NCBI GenBank assembly: GCA_050738395.1
Contig: JBOHZJ010000490.1
Coordinates: forward strand, 1-54,771
Direction: 5' to 3'
Length of the DNA stretch: 54,771 bases
Source of the DNA: Steroidobacter sp.
GTDB taxonomy: Bacteria; Pseudomonadota; Gammaproteobacteria; Steroidobacterales; Steroidobacteraceae
Part shown: positions 28,332-37,945 of the stretch, in pieces
How the letters are laid out: every line of letters begins with the position of its first letter
How positions within the stretch are numbered: the stretch's first letter is position 1
The notes under the pieces: model-generated
What the model saw: the letters and a program-made list of their open reading frames with translations, nothing else
Database searches by the model: none
What the model was told of the DNA's origin: nothing
Program-made: the position numbers and the translations under genes

Positions 28332-28814
28332 ATGTGTAGCGGATCGATCATTTGCCGTTCATTGCAGGCTGCATTCTTGTTCTTGTTGAGCCTTATCGGC
28401 TCCGTCGCATTCGCACAAACGCCGGCTCCCGAGCAGGCGCTGACTCGAACTGCCAATGACGCGGAGCTCCAGTGGGGTCCCTGTCCACCGTTCCTGCCCA
28501 AAGGATGTGCGATCGCTGTTCTACACGGCGACCCGGCAAAAGATAACGTCGACGTCTTCTTCAAACTGCCTGCCAAGTCGAACCTCCCGCTGCATTGGCA
28601 CACGTCAGCGGAGCGCATGGTGCTGGTTGCAGGGGAACTTCACGTTACCTACGACGGACAGAAGACCGCCATCCTCAAGCCAGGGACTTACGCATACGGC
28701 CCGGCGAAACGGCCACACCACGGCGTATGTGCAAGTGCGGACCCTTGTGTTCTCTTCATCGCCTTTGAATCGCCGCTGGATGCAGTGCCAGTCGAGGCGA
28801 AAGGGCGACAGTGA
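28332..28814 (+). CDS. Exported cupin-domain protein
   Basis: Signal peptide, IAVLHGDP, PLHWHTSAERMVLVAG, LKPGTYAY..PHH. Confidence 0.85.
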   Translation: MCSGSIICRSLQAAFLFLLSLIGSVAFAQTPAPEQALTRTANDAELQWGPCPPFLPKGCAIAVLHGDPAKDNVDVFFKLPAKSNLPLHWHTSAERMVLVAGELHVTYDGQKTAILKPGTYAYGPAKRPHHGVCASADPCVLFIAFESPLDAVPVEAKGRQ

Positions 28815-28849
28815 CGTCCTCGCTCGACGTTGGTTCGAAGGAGGAGCGG

Positions 28850-29311
28850 ATGCAGCAATGGTCAGTGCAACGCGCCGTAATCGTCGGCGGCTCCATCGCA
28901 GGCGCGCTCGACATTCTTTTCGCCATCTCTTTCGCTCACTTCAATGGAGTCTCGCCCCAGCGCCTCCTTCAGACGGTGGCGGGCGGCGTCCTTGGAGAGG
29001 CTTCCTATTCAGGGGGCGCAGCTGCAGCCGCGCTGGGGCTGGGGCTTCATTTTTTCATTGCCTATCTCCTGGCTGGCGTCTATCTCTTCGCCAGTCGACG
29101 CATTGATCTGCTGGCGAGGAATGCGCTTCTTGCAGGCGTCTTGTTCGGCATCGCTGTGTTCCTGCTGATGCGACTTGTCGTGTTGCCGCTTTCCGCGTTT
29201 CCGCATCCGGTCAGTTTCAAGCCGCTTGCCACCGTTCTGGATCTCTTGTCGCATACGCTGCTATTCGGCGTCCCGATTTCTCTGGCCGCGCGGAAGGCAG
29301 CTTCCCCTTGA
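28850..29311 (+). CDS. Four-TM hypothetical membrane protein
   Basis: AGALDI, LQTVAGGVLG, GLHFFIA, HTLLFGVPI; SD GAGGAG before ATG 28850. Confidence 0.8.
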   Translation: MQQWSVQRAVIVGGSIAGALDILFAISFAHFNGVSPQRLLQTVAGGVLGEASYSGGAAAAALGLGLHFFIAYLLAGVYLFASRRIDLLARNALLAGVLFGIAVFLLMRLVVLPLSAFPHPVSFKPLATVLDLLSHTLLFGVPISLAARKAASP

Positions 29312-29337
29312 TCCGGTGAATCCCTGAGGAACTCGCC

Positions 29338-29787
29338 ATGTTGATCAACGGAAGATGCCACTGCGGAAACATCACGTTCGCGCTTGATTGGACGCCGGAG
29401 CCATCGCAGATACCCGCGCGCGCCTGCACCTGCTCGTTCTGTGTCAAACACGGCGGCGTCTGGACTTCCTGCCCGACGGGCTCCCTCAAAGTGAACGTGA
29501 CCGAGCCGTCGCTCGTGTCGAAGTATTCATTCGGTACGAAAACAGCCCATTTCCACATCTGCTCCCGCTGTGGCGTCGCACCAGTGGTCACCAGTCGCAT
29601 CGATGGTCGTCTCTACGCCGTAGTCAGCGTCAACGCGTTCGAAAGCGTCGATCCATCGCTCCTCCGGCGAGCGTCCGCGACGTTCGATGAAGAGAGTGAA
29701 GCGGTTCGCCTCGCACGGCGCAAACTCCATTGGATCGCCAATGTCGAGTACGAGAGGTGTAACAGCGGGTTCCAGCCGACCGGCTGA
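29338..29787 (+). CDS. GFA (Mss4-like Zn-binding) family protein
   Basis: GRCHCGNI, CTCSFC, CSRCG. Confidence 0.88.
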   Translation: MLINGRCHCGNITFALDWTPEPSQIPARACTCSFCVKHGGVWTSCPTGSLKVNVTEPSLVSKYSFGTKTAHFHICSRCGVAPVVTSRIDGRLYAVVSVNAFESVDPSLLRRASATFDEESEAVRLARRKLHWIANVEYERCNSGFQPTG

Positions 29788-29791
29788 GCCC
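29757..29791 (+). other. Collapsed attC-like remnant
   Basis: GTGTAAC-AGC-GGGTTCCAGCCG-AC-CGGCTGAGCCC; R' missing. Confidence 0.5.
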
Positions 29792-29840
29792 ATTTTTCCG
29801 GCAGGCGGCATGCTGCGGCTGCCGACAACGGGAGACTCAT

Positions 29841-30188
29841 TTGAAATACAGGGGAAGCTGCCACTGCGGGAAGGTGGCGTTCGAAGTCAAAGGAGAGCTT
29901 GGCGGTGCGATGGCGTGCAACTGCTCGATGTGTTCTCGTCGAGGCTCGCTGTTGTGGTTCGTGCCGCGAGATCAGATGCGCTTACTGACACCGGAAGAAG
30001 ATGTCGGCGTCTACACTTTCAACAAGCATCTGATCAAGCATTGCTTCTGCCAGACATGCGGCATTCACTCGCATGGCGAAGGCGTCGATCCGAAGGGCAA
30101 CCGGATGGCCGCAATCAATATTCGCTGCCTCGAAGGGCTTGATCTCGAGAGCGTTCCGGTGCAGCACTTCGATGGCCGATCGATGTAG
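29841..30188 (+). CDS. GFA family protein
   Basis: GSCHCGKV, CNCSMC, FCQTCGIH, AINIRCL; TTG start with SD GGAG. Confidence 0.9.
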   Translation: MKYRGSCHCGKVAFEVKGELGGAMACNCSMCSRRGSLLWFVPRDQMRLLTPEEDVGVYTFNKHLIKHCFCQTCGIHSHGEGVDPKGNRMAAINIRCLEGLDLESVPVQHFDGRSM

Positions 30189-30208
30189 ATAAAAACAATC
30201 GCCGGATC

Positions 30209-30391
30209 TCAGGTCAGCTTCACCCGTTCTTCGCCGCAACGTTTGCAGCGTTCCGCGCTCACGAGCTTCCCCTGTTTCACGTCGAAGCGCCGCTCGCTGA
30301 GCGCTTCCCATTTGTGAAAGCCTGACGTGCACAGCGTCTTCCGCTCGGCACGCTTCCGCTTCGCTTTGCGGAGATTGATGATGTTGGACAT
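30209..30391 (-). CDS. 60-aa basic putative Zn-ribbon protein
   Basis: MSNIINLRKAKRK...LCTSGFHKW...RCKRCG (C-x4-H ... CxxC). Confidence 0.72.
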   Translation of the reverse strand: MSNIINLRKAKRKRAERKTLCTSGFHKWEALSERRFDVKQGKLVSAERCKRCGEERVKLT

Positions 30392-30400
30392 GACGGACAC

Positions 30401-30494
30401 GTGAGTTGTGATTCGTGAGTCGTGAGCTGAAAGATCCATCTCACGGCAGCGCACGCGTTGTCTTTCAACTCACGATTCACGACTCACGGCTCAC
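30401..30494. repeat. Inverted heptamer tandem-repeat element (GTGAGTC type)
   Basis: GTGAGTT GTGATTC GTGAGTC GTGAGCT GAAAGA ... TCTTTC AACTCAC GATTCAC GACTCAC GGCTCAC. Confidence 0.88.
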
Positions 30495-30498
30495 CTCT

Positions 30499-31398
30499 TC
30501 AATGCATCATCGCGTACACGACGACGTTCACGCCCACCATGTACGACTTGGTCGAGAAGGTTTCGAAGTACCACTCGCCGTAGGCTTCGCGCTCCCAGCC
30601 GTCGCCGACATCTGTGTTGTGAGTCGCGACGACCATGAGGCGGCCATCGTCGTCCGTCCAGGCGCGCATCTGCGGTTGATCCAGCGAACCTGCGGGATAT
30701 TTGTGCGCGTTAGGAGTTTCGGCGGTGCTGCCGCCGGGACTGGCGAAAGGCAGTGCCGGGATTTGCGGCAATCCATCCAGGTCAAACACTGTGTGAAAAA
30801 TCGGATGCTCGGGTCCCAGCACGGTCCATTCGCGGCCTGGGAGCACGTCGCGCATCACCTTGGCGAACTGACGCCACTCTGCATCGCCCCAGAAATCGTC
30901 GACCCACAGAAAGCCTCCCTTTGCGAGGTAACGCCGGAAGGCTGTCTTCTCTTCTTCCGACATCACCATGTAACCGGGATCCGACATGTAGAGCAGCGGG
31001 AAGTCGCCGAGATCGGGAGCGGTCAGCATGCGACTCGCCGCCGTCGGATTCGCATTGATGCGCGTGAGTTGTGTGAGGCGATGGCTGAAATTGTCGTCGC
31101 CCTGCGGAAAGTCTGTTTCCCACCGCGCCCACACGCGGCCGTCGTACGCGTAGTACGCCTCGCCCATGCCGCCTTCGCTGTCGTAGATCGCACGCACGAG
31201 GTTGAGTTTCGAGAGATCCGGTTGCGCGCCGCCGCGTCCGCCGTCGCCGGTGATCAGGTTCGACGCCGCGAAAGCGGTCAGTGAGAGAAGCGCGACCAAC
31301 GCGAATGCGCAGCGACGGAGCGGGCGAGTCTCAAATCGCCTCCATGCAGCCTCGACTCGCGAAGCGCGGGAGAGAAGGTTGAGACTCTGGCCGTTCAT
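30499..31398 (-). CDS. DUF4159 domain exported protein
   Basis: WETDFP, FPLLYM, YLAKGGFLWVDDFWG, HPIFH, GRLMVVATHNTDVGDGWE, GVNVVVYAM. Confidence 0.88.
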   Translation of the reverse strand: MNGQSLNLLSRASRVEAAWRRFETRPLRRCAFALVALLSLTAFAASNLITGDGGRGGAQPDLSKLNLVRAIYDSEGGMGEAYYAYDGRVWARWETDFPQGDDNFSHRLTQLTRINANPTAASRMLTAPDLGDFPLLYMSDPGYMVMSEEEKTAFRRYLAKGGFLWVDDFWGDAEWRQFAKVMRDVLPGREWTVLGPEHPIFHTVFDLDGLPQIPALPFASPGGSTAETPNAHKYPAGSLDQPQMRAWTDDDGRLMVVATHNTDVGDGWEREAYGEWYFETFSTKSYMVGVNVVVYAMMH

Positions 31399-34300
31399 TT
31401 GTCCCCGAGCCGCCGGTAGTACTCGGCCACCGCTTCGCGGTAGCGAGGCGAATCAGGCGAGGGCGGCATTGCGCGTGCGGCGGCGGAGTCCTGTGATTTC
31501 GGTGCGGCTGCGAGCGCGGCGAGCTCGATCTGGTCGATCAGTTTCAGCATCGCCTGCTTTTGATCCACCATTGGGTCGCCTGACAAGCGTCGCAACTCGT
31601 TGGCTCTCCGGCGCAGCGCCTCGAACTGCGCCTGCGTGAGTTCGCCCCGGTGCATGCGATTGGCGGCGTCGCGTACGCGTTGTCCGATCGCGACGGTCTC
31701 GCGGACGAGCGAGCCACGGCCATCCTGCAACTCGCGCGGCGAGCCGCGGCTCGCATCGATTTCCCCGGACGCGCCGCCGCCTTGCTGAGCTTCGCGCATC
31801 TGTTCGGCGCCGGAACGGCCAGGCGATTCGCCGCTGCGGGCGCCGGGCTGTGACTGCGCTTCACCTGCCTGCAACGCCCGGCGCATTTCGGCGACTTCGG
31901 CGAGCAGCCTCTCCGGCGCCGAATCGTCGGCCCTGCCCTCGCCCTCCTGCGCGGCCCACGCCGAAGCTTCGCGCAGATCGCGCTCAAGTGCTTCGAGCGA
32001 TTCGGCGATCAACCCTTCTCGAAGCGCCGCTTCGCGCGCGCGGCCGTAGTAGATCTCGGCTGCGCTGCGATTGACGCGATACATCACGTCCGACTTTTCC
32101 AGATCGCGAATGATCTCGCTCACCCGTCGCGTCGTCTCCGGCGTCCGCACACGATGCTCGTGTACGGCGTTGCGCAGGTCGCGTTGCAACGCCGTGAGAT
32201 CCGCGGCCATCTGCTGCTTCGATTGCACCAGCTCCTGGGCCTTGCGCCGATCGATGGCGCCGCGTGCGTTCAGTTGATCAACCGAAGAGGTTTGCGAAAG
32301 CGCCCTGTACAGATCGGATTCGATGGCGCGTTGCTCCTCACCGATCCCCTGCGCGCGTTCGGCAAGCTGCTCGAGCGCTTCATCGAGCCCCGATGGCGCG
32401 GGTTGATCGATTTGTCTGAGTGCGCGGCGCAGGTTCTGCCCGGCCTCGCGCGCCGCCTCATTCGCTTGCGCCTCGTCGCGCTGCGCACCCTCGTTCGCCG
32501 CCTTCATGTCTTCAAGCGCGCGGTTCACCGATGCCAGCGCCTGCTCGACCTCTCTGCTGCTCTCGCCCTGTTCGCCCGATTGCCCACTGGAGGGTTCACC
32601 CGAAGACTCGCCGCGCGCCTGGCTGCCCGATTGGCTGCCCGATTGACTCCCCGACTGCGAAGCTTCCTGTGAACCTTGCTGCTGCTGGCGGTTCATCTCG
32701 GCGAGGCGCCGGCGCAGATCCTCGGCTTCGCGGCGCAACTGCTCCTGCTTCCAGCGTTGTTCCTCCGCGCGCGTTTGGGGGCGCTTCGCCTGCTGAGCAA
32801 GCTTCTCCTGACGTTCGGCAAGCTCCTTCAACTTGCGGATCGCCTCATCCAGTTCCGCTTGAGAGTTCTGCATCGACAGCTGCGATTCGCTTTCGTACTG
32901 GTTCTTCTCCAGGTCCATTTCCAGTTCGAACATCTCGGTGAAGTTGCGCGAGTTCTGTGCACCGGCGCTACCGGCGCCGTCCTGCTGCATCGACACCTGG
33001 ATCTCACGGAACGCCGCCTCGGCCCGCAGCAGCTGTTGCAAAGCTTGCTGCTCCACCGGCACGGCTGCAGCCAGCTTGAACTCGCTCAGATGCTTCGCGG
33101 CCGGGTCCATCACCGCCGCTGCGCGGTCGAGACTCTCGACGAACGTCTTGATGCGTTCGTCTTCGAGCGACGCGCGCGCGCGTGTTCGCTCGGCAAGCGT
33201 TCGCGCCTGTTGAGCGAGCGTCGCCTGCAGCTCCGCGAGCATCGTCGCGCTGTCTCGCAATTGTTGCCGCGTGCGTGCGTTGCCCTCGTCATTGCGTTGC
33301 AGGTTCCAGGTTGCCAGCAGAATCTCGCGCTGCCGCTCCGAGATCGCGCCCTGCTCATCGCTCATCCCGGAGCCGGCGGCGCCGCCCTGCGCCTGCGTGA
33401 AGCGCCGCTCGAACGGCTGCACCTGCACCATGAAGAGATCCGTTTCGGCCGTAAACTTGCGATCCTTCGCGACCGCGTAATAGGAAACCAGATCGCCGGG
33501 GACAAGCCGCTGTTGTTCGGCGTCGGTCTGCTGCGCGCCGAGCTCTTCGAGGCGCAACAGCGAGTCGCTGTTACTCTCCTTCGCGCCGCCGCCCATCGGC
33601 ATCGACCGCCAGTCGCCGCCGTTGACGGAGTATCGCAACTCGACGTTGCGAAGGCGGAAGTCGTCCTGCGCCTGAATCTGCACCGGTACTTCTTCGATGC
33701 TGGTCGCGCGCCAGTCGCGACCGGGCTTGCGAATCTCGACTACAGGCTTCTCGTCCGGAACGATCTCGATCGTGTACTCATCGCTCAGTGCGACGAATTC
33801 ATCCGCGACGCGGGCGCCGATCTGATAGCTGCCGCGCTTCTTCACGTCGATCGCACCGACGCTGGCGCGTTCGCGCTGTGCAAGTTCGCTCGTTTCGCCA
33901 TTGATGATCAATGCGGGCGCCTCGAGCGGCGCATCCGCGAATACCTCGATCCTCACACTCGTGCCCGCGACCGCGCGGATATCGCGTACTTCTTCATCCG
34001 TCGCGGGTTCGAGCCCGGTCCATTCAGGATATGAATACGTCAGGCGCACGCGCTCGATCTTCGGCAGATCGACCACTGCCACACTGTGCTCGGGACTCCT
34101 CGTACCTTCCGCCTCGACGTAGTAGGACAGCGGGCCGCGTATCGCATACAGCCGGAACTCGAACTGCGAGCGACCCTCTTCCGAGACCTGCATCGGCGCA
34201 CGCTCCCACTCGGGTTGATCGGCGAAACGCACGAATACCTGCGCGGCCTGCGAATGAAAGCCCTGGACGGACGCGCGTATCGCAAGATCGCTGTTGCGCC

Positions 34301-34925
34301 TCACCGTGGCGTCGCCCGGCGCGACGGTGACACGCCGCACGGGCACAGCGTCGCGCGGCAACTCGGCGCCGAACAGCACGTGTCGCGCGCCGAATCCCCA
34401 GTGAGCCGGACCGGCGATCAGCAACATTGCGAGCGTCGCGATCGCAGCGGCGCCGATCAGAAGACCTGCGCTTATGCGCCGGGTGGTGACGATGGCGTTC
34501 GGCGGCGTGCGCTCGGCGATTGCCGCAGCGTCATCCGCCAACAGGTCGATCAGCGGCGAACGGGCTGCGGCGCGCTTGCTGTCGAGATAGGTCTGGATGC
34601 GCCCGCGTTGCGTGGGCATTCGCTGTTCGAAGATCTGCGCGCCGTCGTCACGACGCAGCCGTCGCAGCGGCCTCCACAACAGGAGGCCGGCTATTGCAAG
34701 CAATGCGATGACGATCGCGATGCGTCCGGACAGCGCTATGCCGGGCGCGAACTCTTCTCGCTTCAACCAATACACCGTGGCGCAGGTGATGAGCAGGATG
34801 CTTGCGGCGGAAGCGGCCAACGCCTGCCCATAGATATGTGTGCGCAATCGTCGCCGCAGCGAATTCAGGTATCGGTCGAGTCGCTCACCGGCGGTCATTG
34901 AGAAATCCTCGCGGAACCTCCGCAT
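31395..34925 (-). CDS. Large membrane-anchored Ig-like plus Gln-rich coiled-coil protein (DUF4175-like)
   Basis: Three N-terminal TMs, beta-rich region (AQDDFRL, PGDLVSYYAVAKD), long Q/E coiled coil, terminal YREAVAEYYRRL. Start 34925 or 34898. Confidence 0.8.
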   Translation of the reverse strand: MRRFREDFSMTAGERLDRYLNSLRRRLRTHIYGQALAASAASILLITCATVYWLKREEFAPGIALSGRIAIVIALLAIAGLLLWRPLRRLRRDDGAQIFEQRMPTQRGRIQTYLDSKRAAARSPLIDLLADDAAAIAERTPPNAIVTTRRISAGLLIGAAAIATLAMLLIAGPAHWGFGARHVLFGAELPRDAVPVRRVTVAPGDATVRRNSDLAIRASVQGFHSQAAQVFVRFADQPEWERAPMQVSEEGRSQFEFRLYAIRGPLSYYVEAEGTRSPEHSVAVVDLPKIERVRLTYSYPEWTGLEPATDEEVRDIRAVAGTSVRIEVFADAPLEAPALIINGETSELAQRERASVGAIDVKKRGSYQIGARVADEFVALSDEYTIEIVPDEKPVVEIRKPGRDWRATSIEEVPVQIQAQDDFRLRNVELRYSVNGGDWRSMPMGGGAKESNSDSLLRLEELGAQQTDAEQQRLVPGDLVSYYAVAKDRKFTAETDLFMVQVQPFERRFTQAQGGAAGSGMSDEQGAISERQREILLATWNLQRNDEGNARTRQQLRDSATMLAELQATLAQQARTLAERTRARASLEDERIKTFVESLDRAAAVMDPAAKHLSEFKLAAAVPVEQQALQQLLRAEAAFREIQVSMQQDGAGSAGAQNSRNFTEMFELEMDLEKNQYESESQLSMQNSQAELDEAIRKLKELAERQEKLAQQAKRPQTRAEEQRWKQEQLRREAEDLRRRLAEMNRQQQQGSQEASQSGSQSGSQSGSQARGESSGEPSSGQSGEQGESSREVEQALASVNRALEDMKAANEGAQRDEAQANEAAREAGQNLRRALRQIDQPAPSGLDEALEQLAERAQGIGEEQRAIESDLYRALSQTSSVDQLNARGAIDRRKAQELVQSKQQMAADLTALQRDLRNAVHEHRVRTPETTRRVSEIIRDLEKSDVMYRVNRSAAEIYYGRAREAALREGLIAESLEALERDLREASAWAAQEGEGRADDSAPERLLAEVAEMRRALQAGEAQSQPGARSGESPGRSGAEQMREAQQGGGASGEIDASRGSPRELQDGRGSLVRETVAIGQRVRDAANRMHRGELTQAQFEALRRRANELRRLSGDPMVDQKQAMLKLIDQIELAALAAAPKSQDSAAARAMPPSPDSPRYREAVAEYYRRLGDK

Positions 34926-34940
34926 TGACGGCGTCTCCTG

Positions 34941-37046
34941 CTATTCACGACGTATCGCCAGATACCGGTTCGCCAACAGCAACTCCGCAAGCAACAGTGC
35001 GGCGGCGAGCCAAATCAGGAGCGGCCCAAGCGATCGCCGCTCAGCCGGCGCTTCGCTCATCTGCCGGGGTTCGCGCATCGGTTCGCGAATACTCAAGCCC
35101 TGCCAGCGCTGCACGAACGCAGGCGGCAAGGTCGTCAGATCCGACTCGCGCGAGTCCACATTCACCGCCAGCCAGCGCGCGCCAGCGCCGCCGCGAATCT
35201 CATAGAAGCCCGTCAGGCGCGGAATCAACCGATCTGCAGTGCGCGCTTCCGCGAGACTCAAGCCGCGTTCGCCTTGCGGATCGAATATCTGCCCGCCGGC
35301 CTGGGTGGTCAACCCGGTCATCACCACCGAGCCGGCTGTATGACTTACAGGCGCCGCGTCCATTCCGGCCAGGTAGCGACCGGCTTCGGCGATGAAGTGC
35401 ACGAACAAGGGATGAATCGCGAGATCGTTCCAGCTTCGGTCGATCGGGGCCGTCAACACCAGCATACGGCCGGCGCCGATCGCGCGCTCCACCAGCAGCG
35501 GCGCACCGTTGTCGTAGGCGATCAGTACGTTGTCGTCCTCGGCAGGAGTCACCGAGCGTTGCTTGAAGAAGCGCACGCGCCGCCAGTCGCCTGCTTCGCG
35601 CAACACCGGATGCGTTGTCGAGATTTCCCCGACCTTGGCGCTCTGGCTGCGCGTCTCACCGATGCGCCAGCCGTCGAGCAACGGCGACTCGCTGGATTCC
35701 GCATCGCCGCCCAGCGTCGCCAGCACTGCACCGCCGGCTGCGACATATTCAAGGATGCGATCCGCCGCGCCCTTCGACAGCGCGCTCGCATCAGCAATCA
35801 CCGCCAGCGAGTAGCTGGCCAGTGGACCTTCGAGTGAGTTCGCCGCACCGCGCTCGACAGTAAGCCGTGGCGAAGTAAGCGAGCCGAGCGCCGCCTCGAA
35901 GTAGGCCGCATCGTCCGCGTCATCGCTTTTCGAGAGGAGCAGCGCTTGCGGATCGGCATGTTCGACGACTGCAAAGTGATGATCGTCCTGCGGCAGCGCG
36001 TCACGAGGCTCGAGGGACAACTCGATGCGATGTGCGCCAGGTGTGAGCTGTAGATCCGGGAAAGATGCTTTCGCAGACGCCGACGAAACTATTCGTTCCA
36101 TCCCGAGGCCGGTAAAGCTCTCCGGGACGCCGCCTCCCTCGGTTTCTCCTGTCAGGACCGCAGATGGGCTCGGCGGCGGCTCGCCTACCTCAGATGAAGA
36201 AGAATCATTGCGCGCGGCTGGCAGTTCGACGCGCTGCCGCGCGTGCTCCTTGCCGTCGATCGACAGAACCACTTCGCGCTGTTGCGGCTGCGTCGCCGTG
36301 TGCCGGATCGTCGCCTCCAGGGTGCGCATGTCTTTCGCGGAGAGCGCTGCACTGGAGACGAATGCGTTTGCGGCGAGTTCTTCGGCCACAGAATGCATCA
36401 CCAGTTGCGTTCCCGGCGGCGGCTCGAGGTCGGCGAATCGCAGCGGCGCGCCGCTTTGCTGCAGATCGGAGATGAAGTGCAACACGGTCGCCGGTCGCGG
36501 CGAGCCCAGCCAGCTGTCCGCCGTGTTCATCACCAGGCCGAAGTCGAGCCGTTCGAGACTGGGCTGCAGTCCTCCAAGAGCAGCACGCAGCGCACCTGCA
36601 TTCGCGACGGTCACCGCTTCATGCATGACCTCCATACGTCGCCCGGCGGCTCGCACCAGCATCACGCGATCCGCGCCGTTCAGCTCCGCGAGAACGCCTT
36701 CCCCCGCCTTGATGGCGCGCGCCCAGCGATCTGCGTGCTGCATCGAGAAGGAGGCGTCGAGCACGATCGCGTGCAGGCGCGCATTGGCGTTTGCCTGGGG
36801 AACGATTCGCTCAGTGACCAGCGGTCCTGCAAAGGCGAAGGCGAGCGCAACGAGCAGCAGGATGCGCAACACCAGCAGCAACCAGTAGCGAATGGTGTGT
36901 TTCGCCGTGCGCTGTGTCTCGCTCGCTTCGAGAAACATGAGCGAGGCGAACGGATGCTGCGTCGGATTGGCGCGGGTAACGCGATGCAGCCACAACGGCG
37001 CGCCGATGGCGAGCAGGCCGAAGAGCAATGCAGGCGCGAGAAACAT
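34941..37046 (-). CDS. BatA N-terminal domain / vWA membrane protein
   Basis: MFLAP..LWLH..FASLMFL..LLLVLR..AFAGP (BatA motif), MIDAS DASFS, SDLQ, C-terminal TM. Confidence 0.88.
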   Translation of the reverse strand: MFLAPALLFGLLAIGAPLWLHRVTRANPTQHPFASLMFLEASETQRTAKHTIRYWLLLVLRILLLVALAFAFAGPLVTERIVPQANANARLHAIVLDASFSMQHADRWARAIKAGEGVLAELNGADRVMLVRAAGRRMEVMHEAVTVANAGALRAALGGLQPSLERLDFGLVMNTADSWLGSPRPATVLHFISDLQQSGAPLRFADLEPPPGTQLVMHSVAEELAANAFVSSAALSAKDMRTLEATIRHTATQPQQREVVLSIDGKEHARQRVELPAARNDSSSSEVGEPPPSPSAVLTGETEGGGVPESFTGLGMERIVSSASAKASFPDLQLTPGAHRIELSLEPRDALPQDDHHFAVVEHADPQALLLSKSDDADDAAYFEAALGSLTSPRLTVERGAANSLEGPLASYSLAVIADASALSKGAADRILEYVAAGGAVLATLGGDAESSESPLLDGWRIGETRSQSAKVGEISTTHPVLREAGDWRRVRFFKQRSVTPAEDDNVLIAYDNGAPLLVERAIGAGRMLVLTAPIDRSWNDLAIHPLFVHFIAEAGRYLAGMDAAPVSHTAGSVVMTGLTTQAGGQIFDPQGERGLSLAEARTADRLIPRLTGFYEIRGGAGARWLAVNVDSRESDLTTLPPAFVQRWQGLSIREPMREPRQMSEAPAERRSLGPLLIWLAAALLLAELLLANRYLAIRRE

Positions 37047-37945
37047 CAACGTCGGCCTTGGCGGAATACGAGATAACGGCGCAGTGCGTGATCGAGCGGC
37101 TCGTCGGTCGTGATGAGCATCTGATGCGCGCCGACGTTCGCCGCACCGAGGCGCACCGCGTTCAGATGCGCATCCAGCCGTTCGCGATATTCATTAGCGA
37201 GATACTCGGGCGACACGTTGAGGGTCTTACCGGTCTCGATGTCTTCGAGCACCACGGACTCGCGCCAGCCGGGTTTGATTTCCTGCGGATCCAGCAGTTG
37301 AAACAGCATGAGATCATGGCCATGGTAGGCAAGCGGCTGAACCGCCTTGCTCATTGCTTCCGGATCGCAATACAGGTCCGAGATCACTGCAACGAGGCCG
37401 CGCCGTTTGAGGTGTTCGCCAAGATTGCGGAAGCAACCGGCAAGATCGGTCTGCCCGCCCGGCGCAACCGCATCGATTGCGTGAATCATCGCAGCCAGAC
37501 TGCCTGCGCGGCTCGTCGCCGGTCGATAGTCGCGCACCTTCTCGTCGAATACGATCAGCCCGACAGGATCGTGCTGCCGCGCGGCGAGATACGCGAGCGC
37601 CGCAGCGAGAAACTTGCCGTACTGCAGTTTGCTGACCGAGTGCGACCCATAGCCCATCGACGCGCTTGCATCGAGAAGAATCATCAGCCGCGCGTTCGTC
37701 TCACCTTCGAAACGCCGGATGTAAGTACGTTCGGTGCGCGCGTACACGTTCCAGTCCACGAAGCGCGGATCGTCGCCTTCCACGTACGCCCGGTATTCCT
37801 TGAACTCCTGACTGAAGCCGTAGTGCGGCGAGCGATGCAGCCCGGTGAGAAAACCTTCGACCGCCGTGCGCGCGACCAGCTCGAGATTCGACAGGCTCGC
37901 GAGCGTCGCAGGCGGGAGCAGACGCATGAGCGGGGCGGCGCTCAT
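37046..37945 (-). CDS. DUF58 (vWA-like) protein
   Basis: GLHRSPHYGFSQEFKEYRAYVEGDDPRFVDW, DASASM, ISDL. Confidence 0.93.
   Translation of the reverse strand: MSAAPLMRLLPPATLASLSNLELVARTAVEGFLTGLHRSPHYGFSQEFKEYRAYVEGDDPRFVDWNVYARTERTYIRRFEGETNARLMILLDASASMGYGSHSVSKLQYGKFLAAALAYLAARQHDPVGLIVFDEKVRDYRPATSRAGSLAAMIHAIDAVAPGGQTDLAGCFRNLGEHLKRRGLVAVISDLYCDPEAMSKAVQPLAYHGHDLMLFQLLDPQEIKPGWRESVVLEDIETGKTLNVSPEYLANEYRERLDAHLNAVRLGAANVGAHQMLITTDEPLDHALRRYLVFRQGRR

Larger units (their letters stand above)
25249..30188 (+). mobile_element. Degenerate integron cassette array without integrase (CALIN-like)
   Basis: Nine short co-oriented ORFs separated by attC-like imperfect palindromes at about 25703-25744, 26241-26300, 27176-27237, 27711-27773, 28204-28266 and 29757-29791. 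Confidence 0.72.

Noticed and set aside
25221..30208. Complete active integron or prophage
   Set aside because: No tyrosine recombinase, attI or phage genes in the window; most crossover triplets are mutated.
32620..32660. 12-bp tandem repeat encoding QSGS units
   Set aside because: Ordinary low-complexity linker in a coiled-coil protein.
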